A DNA stretch of 64,000 nt from Dehalococcoidia bacterium (GCA_965242615.1 CBDESR010000002.1:4035-68034); one strand, 5' to 3'; counted from the first letter of the stretch, positions 28,362-39,028 are shown. Translations and numbers: made by a program. The notes: a model not told the origin generated them from the letters alone.

Positions 28362-28919
28362 ATGGTTGCCCAAACCCAACTGATGACCGCCGACCAACTC
28401 CTGGCCCTCCCCGACGACGGCTATCGCTACGAACTGGTCCGAGGAGAATTGAGAAAAATGCCGCCCGCCGGATTCGAACACGGGGAATTGTCCCTCGACA
28501 TTGGTACTTCCTTGTCTCTTTATGTGCGCGCCCACAACCTGGGCAAGGCTTTACGGCGCAACGACACCGGCTTTCTGATTGGCTCCGACCCCGACCACGT
28601 CCGCGCCCCGGACATCGCCTTTGTCCGCCGCGAACGGCTCGAAGCCGCCGCCGGACGCATCACCGGCTACTTTCCCGGCCCGCCCGACCTCGCCATCGAA
28701 GTCATCTCCCCCCACGACCGCTATACCGAAGTCGCCGAAAAAGTAGCCGACTGGCTCGCCGCCGGCGTCCAACTGGTCATCCTCGTCGCCCCCCGCCGCC
28801 GCTCCGTGACCTGCCACACTCCCAACCAAACCCCGGTAACCCTCACCGAACAAGACACTCTGGACGGCAGCCCCGTACTCCCCGGCTGGCAAATGCCGGT
28901 TAGCGAAATCTTTGCCTGA
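28362..28919 (+). CDS. Uma2 (DUF820) family endonuclease, copy 2
   Basis: Roughly 80% identical by eye to copy 1, including about 70 bp of upstream sequence. It diverges locally at NLGKALRRNDTGF versus NLGKVYAAETGF. Confidence 0.8.
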   Translation: MVAQTQLMTADQLLALPDDGYRYELVRGELRKMPPAGFEHGELSLDIGTSLSLYVRAHNLGKALRRNDTGFLIGSDPDHVRAPDIAFVRRERLEAAAGRITGYFPGPPDLAIEVISPHDRYTEVAEKVADWLAAGVQLVILVAPRRRSVTCHTPNQTPVTLTEQDTLDGSPVLPGWQMPVSEIFA

Positions 28920-28920
28920 T

Positions 28921-29211
28921 TCAATCGGCCAAAGCCACCGCTACCAGCTTATCCCCCCGCCTTTCGTAAGTCACCAGCAGCGACTGCCCCAGCAACTGAT
29001 GCTCCCGTATATGGGACGGCGTAAAACCCACAAACCCCTCAGTAACAAAGCGATACTCCCGCCCCTCAACATCCCGTACCCGCAAACTCTCTACTTCCGC
29101 AAAATCCCGGGCGATTACCTCGATAACCTGCCCCCGCACCTGCATCGTCTCCCCACCGCCGCAAGCCGCCACTGCCAGCAGCAGCAAAGCCGCCGCCACT
29201 AGCCGCAGCAT
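28921..29211 (-). CDS. small lipoprotein
   Basis: MLRLVAAALLLLAVAAC-GGG lipobox; 96 aa. Confidence 0.5.
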   Translation of the reverse strand: MLRLVAAALLLLAVAACGGGETMQVRGQVIEVIARDFAEVESLRVRDVEGREYRFVTEGFVGFTPSHIREHQLLGQSLLVTYERRGDKLVAVALAD

Positions 29212-29225
29212 TAGCGGTAAAGCCC

Positions 29226-29648
29226 TCACAACGCCACCGCCGCCGTAGCCGCGGCCACTACCAGCCCATCCTGATTTTCCACCACCAACCGACACTCCAC
29301 CCACCGCCGGCCGTCCCTTTCCCCCTTGCCGGTTACCTTCCCGGAAATGCTGATGGTATCCCCGGCAGGAATGGGCGACCGGGATTGCCACTCCATCTGC
29401 ACCGCATCCGCCGGCTCCGGGGGAATGGGCAAACCCTTTTCCAGCGTTTCCCGCACATAGCCGGCCAGCATCGCCAACGGCACTACCGCGGCAGCATCGC
29501 CCTCGGTATCATCCTCAACCGCCGCCGCCGCCCTTTGCCCCCGAAACCGGGCTATCGAATCCGCCGTTTCCCACTTGACCACTATCGGCAGCTCATCCCC
29601 GGCCTGCACCGACTCGTAGGTAGCGGTCATCGCCCACAACCTTGCCAT
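29226..29648 (-). CDS. hotdog-fold (MaoC dehydratase-like) protein
   Basis: The size and the C-terminal pattern PAGDTISISGKVTGKGERDGRRWVECRLVVENQDGLVVAAATAAVA are typical of the hotdog fold. Confidence 0.45.
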   Translation of the reverse strand: MARLWAMTATYESVQAGDELPIVVKWETADSIARFRGQRAAAAVEDDTEGDAAAVVPLAMLAGYVRETLEKGLPIPPEPADAVQMEWQSRSPIPAGDTISISGKVTGKGERDGRRWVECRLVVENQDGLVVAAATAAVAL

Positions 29649-29779
29649 TTACCAACCCCTTTCGGACTGCCCGCCCGGTTTCAGCATCCGACTGCCCGGT
29701 CCAAACCCTGCCGGATAATTCCTCCGCTACCGGACGCCGTGCTATAATTCCCGCTTACTATACTCCCGGAGCTACGGAT

Positions 29780-31612
29780 ATGCCTCAGCTTGACCGCCCT
29801 TCCCCGGCCGGCCGCGGTAATGTTCTGGCCGCAGCCGGCCGGAAGCTGACGGAGTGGTGGTCAAAAGAACCGGAAACCTCTGTTACCCTGCCGGGACTCT
29901 ACGGCAAATTGTCTCTTTTCACTTTTGTCGTCTTTTGCCTGAATGTCCTGGTTCTGCTCTACTTTTATGTCATTACCGGCTACGGTCAGCTGGATGAGGG
30001 CGGCGAGAACGCCCCGGTTGAGCCGCTGACGGCCGCCCTGTTTGCCGTCAGCGGGATAGTCCTGTTTCTAGCCGCCGTTGCAGCCGGGCACCGGTGGCTC
30101 CGTTGGGTCTATATCCTGGGCGGCTTGGCTCTGCTCTTTGCCGCCGGCGAGGAAGCCAGTTGGGGACAGCATATCTTTGGATTCGCCACCCCGGAATTCC
30201 TGTGGGGAACCAACTATCAAGGCGAGACCAATTTCCATAATACTTACCTCCTCGGCGGTATCTTTGGCGCGCTCTCCTATGCCACGCCAACCCCGTTATA
30301 TGTGGCAACCGTTGTGGCTTTCATCCTGCGAAAATACAGTTTGGGCCCGCTGCCCTTGCCTTCCCTCTGGTTGGCATTTTTCTTTGCTCTGGGCATCGAA
30401 TTTAATCGCGGGCTTTCCCTGCTGGAAATCATTACTTTGGAAGGGCGGCATCTGCTCCTGATTTTGGGAATTTTCCTGGGGGTTGCCCTGTTGGCCCGGG
30501 ATAAAAAACTGTTGACGGCAGTTGTAGCGGTTATTGCCCTGAGCGGCGCAGCCTACTACCTACACGACCGGTTCCCCCTGTATAGCCAGGTAGCGTATTT
30601 GGAAATATCGGAATACTTGATTAGCCTGGCGGCGTTTCTCTATAGCCTCCAGCTGCTGCGGGACAGCGGCCGAGCGCGTTGGCCGGTCTATGGACAGCGG
30701 GTAAAAGTTCTTGCCGGGCGGATATGGACTCGGACAGCCGCCGAAAATTCCCGCCCGCCGCGCCGGGGTTGGGAATATCATTCCTGGCACTGGGCTTGGC
30801 CGGCGGCCTGCTTGCTGGTAGTCTTTGCCAGTATCGGGCTAATCCTTTTCGACCGGCAGCTTACCGCTTCCTGGAGCCGGGAGTACCAGGCTCTCCTGAC
30901 CAACCCGCCCACCTTTCAGTCCCCCTTCTGGAATATCTACCATACCCCGGGCCGCTTGACCTATGTAAAAAACGCCGCTTGTCCCCGAATTAGAGATAAA
31001 GAGCCCCGGTTTTTTCTGCACGTAATACCCGTCCACGAAGCTGACCTGCCGGCGGAAGCTCGGGAGACCGGCTTCCAGAACCTGAATTTTGATTATAACA
31101 GTGCAATCGAGCGTTTCCTGTCCCCCGATGGCCGGTGTATGGCGGTCATTGAACTGCCCGACTACCCGATGGCCCAAATTGAGACGGGGCAGCACGACTT
31201 CTGGGAGACCCGACTGTGGACCGCCTATCTGGACCTGGACGAACCTTATTACCGGGCGGCGTATCAACCCATCGCCGCCGGACAAGCCGGGCCGCCCCTG
31301 ACCCGGGCCGAGTTTGACCTGTACCGCTACAACAACGCCCTGTATTACTTCAAGGAAAGCTGCGCGGCGGCGGATACTGCAGCCCGGTTCTTTCTGCATA
31401 TTTACCCCATCCGAGTAGCGGATTTGCCGCCGGAACGGCAACCGTATCGTTTCAGCAATTTGGACTTTGACTTTAACCGGCGAGGGCAAGAATTCGACGG
31501 GAAGTGCATGGCGGTGGTGGCACTGCCGGATTATCCCATTGCTGAAATTCGCACCGGTCAGTTCACGGCGGGCGGCACAGTTTGGGAAACGGTTTTGCCG
31601 GCGGGGAATTAG
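29780..31612 (+). CDS. large polytopic membrane protein with an extracytoplasmic repeat domain (intact paralog of 20622..22464)
   Basis: The ATG at 29780 gives MPQLDRPSPAG... The motifs FAAGEEASWGQHIFGFATP and two FFLH..P....DLP.E....F.NL.FD...DG.CMAV..LPDYP.A.I.TGQ repeats are present. I can assign no function. Confidence 0.7.
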   Translation: MPQLDRPSPAGRGNVLAAAGRKLTEWWSKEPETSVTLPGLYGKLSLFTFVVFCLNVLVLLYFYVITGYGQLDEGGENAPVEPLTAALFAVSGIVLFLAAVAAGHRWLRWVYILGGLALLFAAGEEASWGQHIFGFATPEFLWGTNYQGETNFHNTYLLGGIFGALSYATPTPLYVATVVAFILRKYSLGPLPLPSLWLAFFFALGIEFNRGLSLLEIITLEGRHLLLILGIFLGVALLARDKKLLTAVVAVIALSGAAYYLHDRFPLYSQVAYLEISEYLISLAAFLYSLQLLRDSGRARWPVYGQRVKVLAGRIWTRTAAENSRPPRRGWEYHSWHWAWPAACLLVVFASIGLILFDRQLTASWSREYQALLTNPPTFQSPFWNIYHTPGRLTYVKNAACPRIRDKEPRFFLHVIPVHEADLPAEARETGFQNLNFDYNSAIERFLSPDGRCMAVIELPDYPMAQIETGQHDFWETRLWTAYLDLDEPYYRAAYQPIAAGQAGPPLTRAEFDLYRYNNALYYFKESCAAADTAARFFLHIYPIRVADLPPERQPYRFSNLDFDFNRRGQEFDGKCMAVVALPDYPIAEIRTGQFTAGGTVWETVLPAGN

Positions 31613-31693
31613 CCAGGGGCAATCAGGTTTGTTGACAACCGCCATCGCCGCCAACATAATGCTGCCTACTTTACGGACGGGGGCAAGGGGCTG

Positions 31694-32840
31694 ATGGCGC
31701 GGGAACTGCGGAGCCGGCGGCTGTGGCTGCTGGCGGCTTTGCTGGCAATGCTGGCGGTTCTGGTGGGATTGTATCTGCTGCGGGGCGCATTGCTGCCCCT
31801 CGGCATCAGCGCGGTTATCGCCTACATCCTGCTGCCGCCGGCCCGCCTGCTGGAACGGGCAATGCCCTGGCGGGAAAAGCGGCCGCTGCTCAGCCGGCTC
31901 CTGGCAGTGTCCCTGATTTTCTTGACCGCCTTGGGCGCGCTGCTCGCCGCCGGGGTAATGGCTGTAGCCTCGATTGTGCGGCAAGGGCAGCGGTTCGTGG
32001 CAAGCTTTCCCCAATTCATCGACGCCGCCCGGGCCCAAGTGGAAATTTGGGTCGCCGACTACAACCGACTGCTACCGCCCCAAGTGCGGGATCGAGCCGA
32101 GGAATGGTTGAGCAACGCCGGCGGCCTGTTGGGCGATGCCGCCTGGAATATCGCCAGCCAAACTATTGGCGCGATTACCGGCTCCTTTTCCTTTCTCATC
32201 GGCTTGGCTACTGCGCCGGTGCTGATTTTCTACCTGATGAAAGACGCCGACCCCATCCGCGAATCCCTTTACGCCCCCTTTCCGTCCCGGCTGCGCCCCT
32301 ACCTGCGGGATTTAATGGACATTGTGCACCGGTCGGTAGGCGGCTACATCCGGGGGCAATTGGTGCTGGGGCTGCTGGTCGGCGTAGTAGTAACGGCCGG
32401 GCTGCTGGCTTTGGGCATCCCCTTCGCCGTCATCCTCGGCATCGTCGCCGGCTTGACCGAACTTATTCCCATCATCGGCCCCCTGGATTGGCGGCGCCGT
32501 CGGGGTACTGGTAACTTTAGCCACCGAACCGGACAAAGTGTTGTGGGTTATCCTGCTCTATCTGACGGTGCAGCTGCTGGAAAACGCCTTGCTGGTACCC
32601 CGGGTCCAAGCCAATACTTTGGGGCTGCATCCCATAGTAGTCATTCTGGTCATCACCGTAGGCAGCCAGTATTTCGGCTTGTGGGGGGTAATTCTAGGCC
32701 CGCCCGTAGCGGCAATGGTCAAAGGAGTAGCCGTATATGCCGCCGGGGAATGGAACCGAATGGCGGCGGCAGAGGAAAATGGCGCTACTGCGGATACGGC
32801 AGTTGCAGTAGAAACGGGGGACAATACGCCGCCGGGGTAA
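31694..32840 (+). CDS. AI-2E family transporter (PerM/UPF0118) with an apparent +1 frameshift at the C5 run 32480-32484
   Basis: ...GLTELIPIIGP-WIGGAVGVLVTLATEPDKVLWVILLYLTVQLLENALLVPRV is restored by removing one C. Confidence 0.8.
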
Positions 32841-32891
32841 GCGCAGAATTTTCCCTGCCGCCCGATCTGTTACCCGCCCGATAAATCCTTT

Positions 32892-33584
32892 CTAGCCGCC
32901 CACGCCCTGCATAATCATAGTTGCCAGGGCGATGATGATACCGCCGCCAACAGTCCAGGTGGCAATTATCAAATGCCGCTGGCCGGAACGTCCCTCCCGG
33001 ATTTCCTGCCGGACATCTCGCATTTCCTGCCGAATGTCCTGCTGTCCGTCAGCCAACAGCTGAATACTCCGCTCCAGCCCTTCAATCCGCCCTGTAAAGC
33101 GTTCCACCTGCCGGCTCAATTCCTCCACCCGCCCGTCCAAGCGTTCCACTTTCCCGGTCAAGTCATCGACCTTTCCCTCCACCCGCTCCACCCGGCTGGT
33201 CAAGTCATCGACCTTTCCCTCCACCCGCTCCACCCGCCCCTCCAGTCGTTCCACCCGTCCCAGCAATTCCTGCATCTGACCGCCCAAGTGCAACAGTTGG
33301 GTAGTCAGTTCCCCAACCCGGCTCTCCAGGTTTTCCACCCGGCCGGTCAAGGCCGGCATCTGACCGACAAACTGCTCAAATTGACTGACCAGTTGCTGCA
33401 TCTGGCCGGTCAATTCCCCAATCCGGCACTCCAAATCCCCAATCCGACCAGCTAGGTTTTCCCCCCGGCCGTCCGCGTCTTGCAACTGAACGACCAATTG
33501 GCGTACTTGGCCGGTCAAATTCTCAACCTGGCCCTCCAGGTACTCCAGCGTCAAAGGGCGCGGTCCCGTTTCCGGCATCATCAT
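32892..33584 (-). CDS. C-terminally anchored coiled-coil protein with tandem repeats
   Basis: The ATG triplet at 33584 gives MMMPETGPRP. Repeated (V/L)E(R/N)LEGRVERVEGKVDDLT(S/G)(R/K) heptads fill the middle, and a C-terminal TM (LIIATWTVGGGIIIALATMIM) ends the protein. Confidence 0.55.
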   Translation of the reverse strand: MMMPETGPRPLTLEYLEGQVENLTGQVRQLVVQLQDADGRGENLAGRIGDLECRIGELTGQMQQLVSQFEQFVGQMPALTGRVENLESRVGELTTQLLHLGGQMQELLGRVERLEGRVERVEGKVDDLTSRVERVEGKVDDLTGKVERLDGRVEELSRQVERFTGRIEGLERSIQLLADGQQDIRQEMRDVRQEIREGRSGQRHLIIATWTVGGGIIIALATMIMQGVGG

Positions 33585-33712
33585 TGGCAGATTCCTCGGC
33601 GGCCGGTTGCCGCTGCTGCCTGTAAGATAAGGTAAGCAGTGGGGATTGTCAAGGATTGCCGAATTGCCCCAAAACCCGGTTTGACTTTTCCTGAATCCAG
33701 TGGTAATATGCC

Positions 33713-33976
33713 TTGCGCTTGGTGAGCGGGATGGTTTGGTGGCTGGTTGCCCTGCGCCTGACCGGATTGGGCTGGTATGTGGCCCTCTGTATCGTCGCGG
33801 GCATTCTAATCGGTATCGGCCTCGATAAGGCTGCCGGGACTTCGCCCTGGCTGCTATTGGCCGGGGTAATCCTGGGCAGCGTTGCCGCCTTTTGGGGCGT
33901 GTATAAGATGATACTGCCGGTGCTCTACGGGCGGAAAGACCCGGGGGAACCGGCAGGAAAAGGGAGCGACAAGTAG
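33713..33976 (+). CDS. AtpZ/AtpI-like small membrane protein
   Basis: Two TM segments, immediately upstream of atpB. Confidence 0.5.
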   Translation: MRLVSGMVWWLVALRLTGLGWYVALCIVAGILIGIGLDKAAGTSPWLLLAGVILGSVAAFWGVYKMILPVLYGRKDPGEPAGKGSDK

Positions 33977-35049
33977 TGCCTTCGGGGGCCGGAGCTAAAA
34001 GGTTTGCGCTGCTGGCCGGCGTGGTTATGCTGGCGCTGTTGATTGCCGGATTCGTGGTCGGGGCCATCGGTTCTACGATGTTCGGGCTGGAGCGGCCGTT
34101 TTTGGCGCAGCCGGAGATTCATTTGCCGCCGCAGCCGGTCTTTCCCCTTTCCGCCGTCAAAAGCAGCCTCGGCTATGCGGATACCCAATACCCCGCGGCG
34201 GAAAAACCCGCGGCCGAACACGCCACCCCCGCCGCCGCAGACGCTGAACAGCACCCGGCCGATTCCGGCGAACATAGCGAACATGGGGCGGAGGAACACC
34301 ACTTTACCCCTTTGGGCGTTACCCAATTCGCCGTTACCAACACCCTGCTCTCCGCTTGGGTCGCCAGCATCGTCATCGTCCTGTTCTTTGTCCTCGGGGC
34401 GCGCAAACGGGCGATGGTGCCGGGACGCTTTCAGGCATTGGTCGAAAGCATCTTTGAGGGGGTGCTGAACTTTGCCGCCAGTGTGCTGGGGCGGGAGATG
34501 GCGCGCAAAGCCTTTCCGGTAGTTGCCACTATCTTTTTCTTTGTGCTGTTCAACGCCTGGATTGCGCTGTTTCTGGTGCCGCTGTACCAAGCGGTGGGCT
34601 TTGGCAGTGGCGGTTGGTGGGACTTTCAGCTGAAAGCCCATCTGATTCGGCCGGCCGGCACCGATGTTAATATGCCCTTGGCCTTGGCATTGGTCTCCTT
34701 TGTCTTTGTCGAGTATTGGGGCATCCGGGTATTGGGCTTGGGCTATTTCAAGAAATTTTTTGCCTTCGGCAACCTGCTGCGGCTGCGGCCGAGCGGGCTG
34801 ATTGACGCCTTCGTCGGCATCCTGGAACTCATCAGCGAACTGGTGCGGATTGTCAGCTTTACCTTCCGCTTGTTCGGCAATATGACCGCCGGGGAAATCC
34901 TGGTGGTGATGATTACCTTCCTGGTGCCTTTCGTCGCCAATGTCTTTGTATTCGGCCTCGAGCTGCTGGTGGGGCTGATTCAAGCGGTAATCTTTGCCGG
35001 CTTGACGCTGGTATTCCTTTCTCTGGCGGTGCATCACGAGGAGCATTAG
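33976..35049 (+). CDS. atpB: F0F1 ATP synthase subunit a (with a long N-terminal extension)
   Basis: The C-terminal motif FTFRLFGNMTAGEILV contains the essential Arg region. Confidence 0.85.
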   Translation: MPSGAGAKRFALLAGVVMLALLIAGFVVGAIGSTMFGLERPFLAQPEIHLPPQPVFPLSAVKSSLGYADTQYPAAEKPAAEHATPAAADAEQHPADSGEHSEHGAEEHHFTPLGVTQFAVTNTLLSAWVASIVIVLFFVLGARKRAMVPGRFQALVESIFEGVLNFAASVLGREMARKAFPVVATIFFFVLFNAWIALFLVPLYQAVGFGSGGWWDFQLKAHLIRPAGTDVNMPLALALVSFVFVEYWGIRVLGLGYFKKFFAFGNLLRLRPSGLIDAFVGILELISELVRIVSFTFRLFGNMTAGEILVVMITFLVPFVANVFVFGLELLVGLIQAVIFAGLTLVFLSLAVHHEEH

Positions 35050-35180
35050 ATTGCGGTAAAATCGGGAACAACGCGATTAACCGGGACGGTCAACTAACCG
35101 GGACGGTCAACATCGGCGGTTAACGGGACGGGCTGCGGCCCGGAACCCGGAACCCAACACATAAGGGAGGACTCGGACAA

Positions 35181-35447
35181 ATGGCAGCACTGGAGCTACT
35201 ACCCCTTCTCTTGCAGCTGGAGCCGCAAGCGGCCAAGTTTCTGGGCGCCGGCTTGGCGATTGCCATCGGCGTCATCGGGCCGGGCATCGGCATCGGCATC
35301 CTGGGCGCCGGCGCGATGGGCGCCATCGGCCGCAACCCGGAGGCGGCCGGTTCCATCACCACCAATATGATCCTGGCGATTGCCTTCGCCGAGGCTCTGG
35401 GGATTTACTCCCTTATCGTCGCGGTAATCCTGCTGTTCGTGGTCTAG
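35181..35447 (+). CDS. atpE: F0F1 ATP synthase subunit c
   Basis: Hairpin with GAGAMGAIGRNPEA ... AFAEALGIY (carboxylate E). Confidence 0.9.
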   Translation: MAALELLPLLLQLEPQAAKFLGAGLAIAIGVIGPGIGIGILGAGAMGAIGRNPEAAGSITTNMILAIAFAEALGIYSLIVAVILLFVV

Positions 35448-35451
35448 CGTT

Positions 35452-35952
35452 ATGGTTGAACTCGGAATCAACCTGCCCCTGCTCATTGCCTACCTGATTA
35501 CCTTCGTAATCCTGTTGGCAATCCTCTATCAGTTCGCCTACAAGCCGCTGCTGGCGGCGATGGATCAGCGCACGGCCCGCATTCAGGAGGGGCTGTCGGC
35601 GGCCGAACAGGCCCGGGCGGAGGCCGCCACTTCCCAAGCCGCCGTCGAGGAGCAGTTGAACGAAGCCCGGCGGGAAGGGCAGCGGCTCCTCGACCAGGCC
35701 CGGGAAGCGGCGCAGCGTTACCGGGAGGGTGAAATGGAACGGGCCCGGCAGGAAGCCGAAGCCTTTGCCGAGCGGGCCCGGGCCGACATCCAACGGGAAC
35801 GGGACGCCGCCCTCGAGGAACTGCGCGCCGGTTTCGGCGACTTGGCTATCACCGCCGCCGAGCGGGTTATTCAGCGTTCCCTCGACCGGCAAGCCCACGA
35901 GGAGCTGATTGCCCAGGTACTCCAGGAAGGCGAAAGCCTGCGGCGGGGGTAG
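35452..35952 (+). CDS. atpF: F0F1 ATP synthase subunit b
   Basis: N-terminal TM plus a long charged helix, in operon position. Confidence 0.85.
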   Translation: MVELGINLPLLIAYLITFVILLAILYQFAYKPLLAAMDQRTARIQEGLSAAEQARAEAATSQAAVEEQLNEARREGQRLLDQAREAAQRYREGEMERARQEAEAFAERARADIQRERDAALEELRAGFGDLAITAAERVIQRSLDRQAHEELIAQVLQEGESLRRG

Positions 35953-35958
35953 GCAGCT

Positions 35959-36501
35959 ATGGCTAAACAAGTGGCCGGCAGCCGCTACGCCCAAGCCCTG
36001 TTTGAGTTGGCGGTACAGCAGGATCAGGCGGAACCGTGGGCGGCGGAACTGGACTTTATGGCGGCGGCCTTGCAGGATGGCGAATTTAACGCTTTCCTGA
36101 AACACGCCGAGGTGCCGCTGGAGCGGAAAATCGCCGCTTTGGCCGCGGTGCTGCCGGAAGTTGACCCCTTGGTGCGGAACTTGGGCGCGCTGCTGATTAC
36201 CCGCAACGCCGTCGACACCGTTGGGGATGTGGCAATCGGCTACCGCCGCCGCCTTGACGCCCGCTTGGACCGGCAGCAGGTCGCCGTTACCACCGCCGTG
36301 GAACTGAACGCCGAGGAAACGGAGCAAGTCCGCCAATTCGTCGCCGGCCTCATCCGCAAGGAAGTGGCGCTGACCGCCCGGGTTGACCCGGCCATCCTTG
36401 GTGGCATCATCATCCAGATTGGCGACCGGCTCCTCGACGGCAGCGCCCGGGCTAAACTGGAAGGACTGCGGAAACAACTGCGAACTGAGGCGGCAGCCTG
36501 A
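35959..36501 (+). CDS. atpH: F0F1 ATP synthase subunit delta
   Basis: OSCP-like pattern (RYAQALFELA ... GGIIIQIGDRLLDGS). Confidence 0.85.
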   Translation: MAKQVAGSRYAQALFELAVQQDQAEPWAAELDFMAAALQDGEFNAFLKHAEVPLERKIAALAAVLPEVDPLVRNLGALLITRNAVDTVGDVAIGYRRRLDARLDRQQVAVTTAVELNAEETEQVRQFVAGLIRKEVALTARVDPAILGGIIIQIGDRLLDGSARAKLEGLRKQLRTEAAA

Positions 36502-36624
36502 AGTTCCGGGGTTAGCTTTGGCTGGGGCCGGCGTCCCGCCGATCCGGTGAAATCAACGGACGGAGGGCAAGCGGCCAAAGCCGGGAGAAACCCGGAGAGT
36601 CTGAAATCGTAAGGAGAATGCCCC

Positions 36625-38133
36625 ATGGCCATCAGGGGTCAGGAAATCGTTTCGTTAATCCGACGCCAGATTGAGGAGTTTGGCGGCGACTTGAGCCTGG
36701 TCGATGTCGGCACCGTGGTGCAGGTTGGCGACGGCATTGCCAGCATTCAGGGACTGCAAGGCGTCCGTTCCAACGAACTGCTGGACTTCGGCAATGACAT
36801 TATGGGGCTGGCTCTGAACCTCGAGTCCGACATCGTGGGCGCGGCCATCCTCGGCGACGCCAACGCCGTCAAGGAAGGCCATCAGGTACGCTCCACCGGC
36901 CAGATTATCGAGATTCCGGTGGGGGATGCCCTTATTGGCCGGGTCGTCGATCCCATGGGCCGGCCGCTCGACGGCAAGGGGCCGATTAACACCACGACCA
37001 CCCGCCCGGTGGAACAGACCGCCCCCAATGTGGTGGTGCGTCAATCGGTCGATACCCCGGTGCAAACTGGAATTAAAGCCATCGACGCGATGATTCCCAT
37101 TGGCCGGGGGCAGCGGGAACTGATTATTGGCGACCGCTCCACCGGCAAAACCGCCATTGCCCTCGACACCATCATCAACCAGCGCGGCGGCGACCTGATT
37201 TGCGTCTATGTCGCCGTCGGTCAGAAACAGGGTAAAGTTTCCCAGGTAGTGGGCATCCTCGAGGAAAATGACGCGATGGCGCACACCATCGTTGTCAACG
37301 CCGGGGCCGCCGACTCCGCACCCCTGCAATTCATTGCCCCTTATGCCGGCTGCGCCATGGCTGAGGAGTTTATGGCCCAGGGCAGGGATGTGCTGGTCGT
37401 CTATGATGACTTGACCAAGCACGCTTGGGCTTACCGTCAGATGTCTTTGCTGCTGCGCCGGCCGGCCGGCCGGGAAGCCTACCCCGGGGATGTTTTCTAT
37501 CTGCACAGCCGCCTGCTCGAGCGGGCGGCCCGTCTCGACGCGGAACACGGCGGCGGGTCGATTACCGCCCTGCCCATCATCGAAACCCAAGCCGGCGATG
37601 TTTCCGCCTACATTCCTACCAATGTCATCTCCATCACCGACGGGCAGATTTACCTTGAGCCGGAACTGTTCAATATCGGCGTCCGGCCGGCGGTGAATGT
37701 GGGCTTGTCGGTCTCCCGGGTTGGCGGCGCCGCCCAAACCCGCGCCATCCGTCAAGTGGCCGGCCGTTTGCGCCTGGACTTGGCCCAATACCGGGAACTA
37801 GCCAGCTTCGCCCAATTCGGCACTTCCGACCTCGACGCGGCCACCCGGGCTCAGTTGGCTCGCGGCCAGCTTTCCACCGAAGTGCTGAAACAGCCCCAGT
37901 ACCAGCCCCTGCGCCTGGAGCAGGAAGTGATGATTCTCTATGCGGTCAACGCCGGCTTGACCGACGAGGTGCCGCTGGAGCGGGTGAACGCCTTTGAGCG
38001 GGAGTTGTTGGGCTACCTCGAGACGACCCACCCGGAAATCGGCCAGAGCATTGCCGACAGCGGCCGCCTCGAGGATGAGGTCGCCGCGCAGTTGACCCAA
38101 GCCATCAACAATTTCAAGGCTACTTTCAGCTAA
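36625..38133 (+). CDS. atpA: F0F1 ATP synthase subunit alpha
   Basis: [18 protein letters not shown] Walker A; full length. Confidence 0.95.
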   Translation: MAIRGQEIVSLIRRQIEEFGGDLSLVDVGTVVQVGDGIASIQGLQGVRSNELLDFGNDIMGLALNLESDIVGAAILGDANAVKEGHQVRSTGQIIEIPVGDALIGRVVDPMGRPLDGKGPINTTTTRPVEQTAPNVVVRQSVDTPVQTGIKAIDAMIPIGRGQRELIIGDRSTGKTAIALDTIINQRGGDLICVYVAVGQKQGKVSQVVGILEENDAMAHTIVVNAGAADSAPLQFIAPYAGCAMAEEFMAQGRDVLVVYDDLTKHAWAYRQMSLLLRRPAGREAYPGDVFYLHSRLLERAARLDAEHGGGSITALPIIETQAGDVSAYIPTNVISITDGQIYLEPELFNIGVRPAVNVGLSVSRVGGAAQTRAIRQVAGRLRLDLAQYRELASFAQFGTSDLDAATRAQLARGQLSTEVLKQPQYQPLRLEQEVMILYAVNAGLTDEVPLERVNAFERELLGYLETTHPEIGQSIADSGRLEDEVAAQLTQAINNFKATFS

Positions 38134-38160
38134 CCCCAAACCTGAACCGGGAAAAACAGG

Positions 38161-39021
38161 ATGCCTAGCGTAAGGGACATCAGGCGGCGAATCCGCAGCG
38201 TGGAAAACACCGGCAAGGTAACTAACGCCATGTCGTTGATTGCCGCCTCAAAAATGCGGCGGGCCCAGAACGCCACCGTCCAGGGCCGGCCCTACGCCCA
38301 AAAAATTCACGAAGTCATCGCGCACTTGGCGGCGCAGCCCCGGGATGATGGAACTTTACATCCCCTCCTCGCCGCCCGTCCGGTGCATCGGGTCGGCTTG
38401 CTGGTCATCACTCCCGACCGGGGCTTGGCCGGCGGGATGCACTCCGCCATCAACCGCCGCGCCGCCCAGTTCATCCTCGAGCAGACCGCCCCGGTACGCA
38501 GCATTGCCTTGGGCCGCAAAGGCCGCGACTTTATGGCCCGCTACAGCCAGGACTTGCTCGCCGTCTTTACCGACTTGGGCGACCGGCCGGTAGTCGAGGA
38601 CACTCTGCCCATTTCCCGAATGATTATCGACCAGTTCACCGGCGGGGAAATGGACGAAGTGTATCTCGGCTATACCCGCTTTGCCTCCACTGTGTCCCAA
38701 GTGCCGACGGTGGAAAAGCTGCTGCCGGTCGAACCCAGCGAACTCGCCGCCGCCGACCGTTCCGGATACATCTACGAGCCGGACTCTCTGACGGTACTGG
38801 GGGAACTGTTGCCGCAATTCGTCGATATGCAGGTCTATCACGCCCTGCTCGAATCCATTGCCAGCGAGCAGTCGGCCCGGATGGTGGCGATGCGGAACGC
38901 TACCGACAACGCCAAATCTCTGGCCGGCGATTTGACCCTGGTAATGAATAAACTGCGCCAGGACAGCATCACCAACGAACTGCTCGACCTGGTCGGCGGG
39001 CAGATTGCCCTCGAAGGATAA
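38161..39021 (+). CDS. atpG: F0F1 ATP synthase subunit gamma
   Basis: N-terminal IRRRIRSVENTGKVTNAMSLIAASKMRRAQ and C-terminal ITNELLDLVGG. Confidence 0.95.
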   Translation: MPSVRDIRRRIRSVENTGKVTNAMSLIAASKMRRAQNATVQGRPYAQKIHEVIAHLAAQPRDDGTLHPLLAARPVHRVGLLVITPDRGLAGGMHSAINRRAAQFILEQTAPVRSIALGRKGRDFMARYSQDLLAVFTDLGDRPVVEDTLPISRMIIDQFTGGEMDEVYLGYTRFASTVSQVPTVEKLLPVEPSELAAADRSGYIYEPDSLTVLGELLPQFVDMQVYHALLESIASEQSARMVAMRNATDNAKSLAGDLTLVMNKLRQDSITNELLDLVGGQIALEG

Positions 39022-39028
39022 GCCTTAA

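Noticed and set aside
32892-34067. A 391-aa ORF spanning the atp promoter region.
   Set aside because: Only the part from the MMM start at 33584 has coding character (coiled-coil repeats plus a TM). The upstream part is a low-complexity read-through antisense to atpZ.
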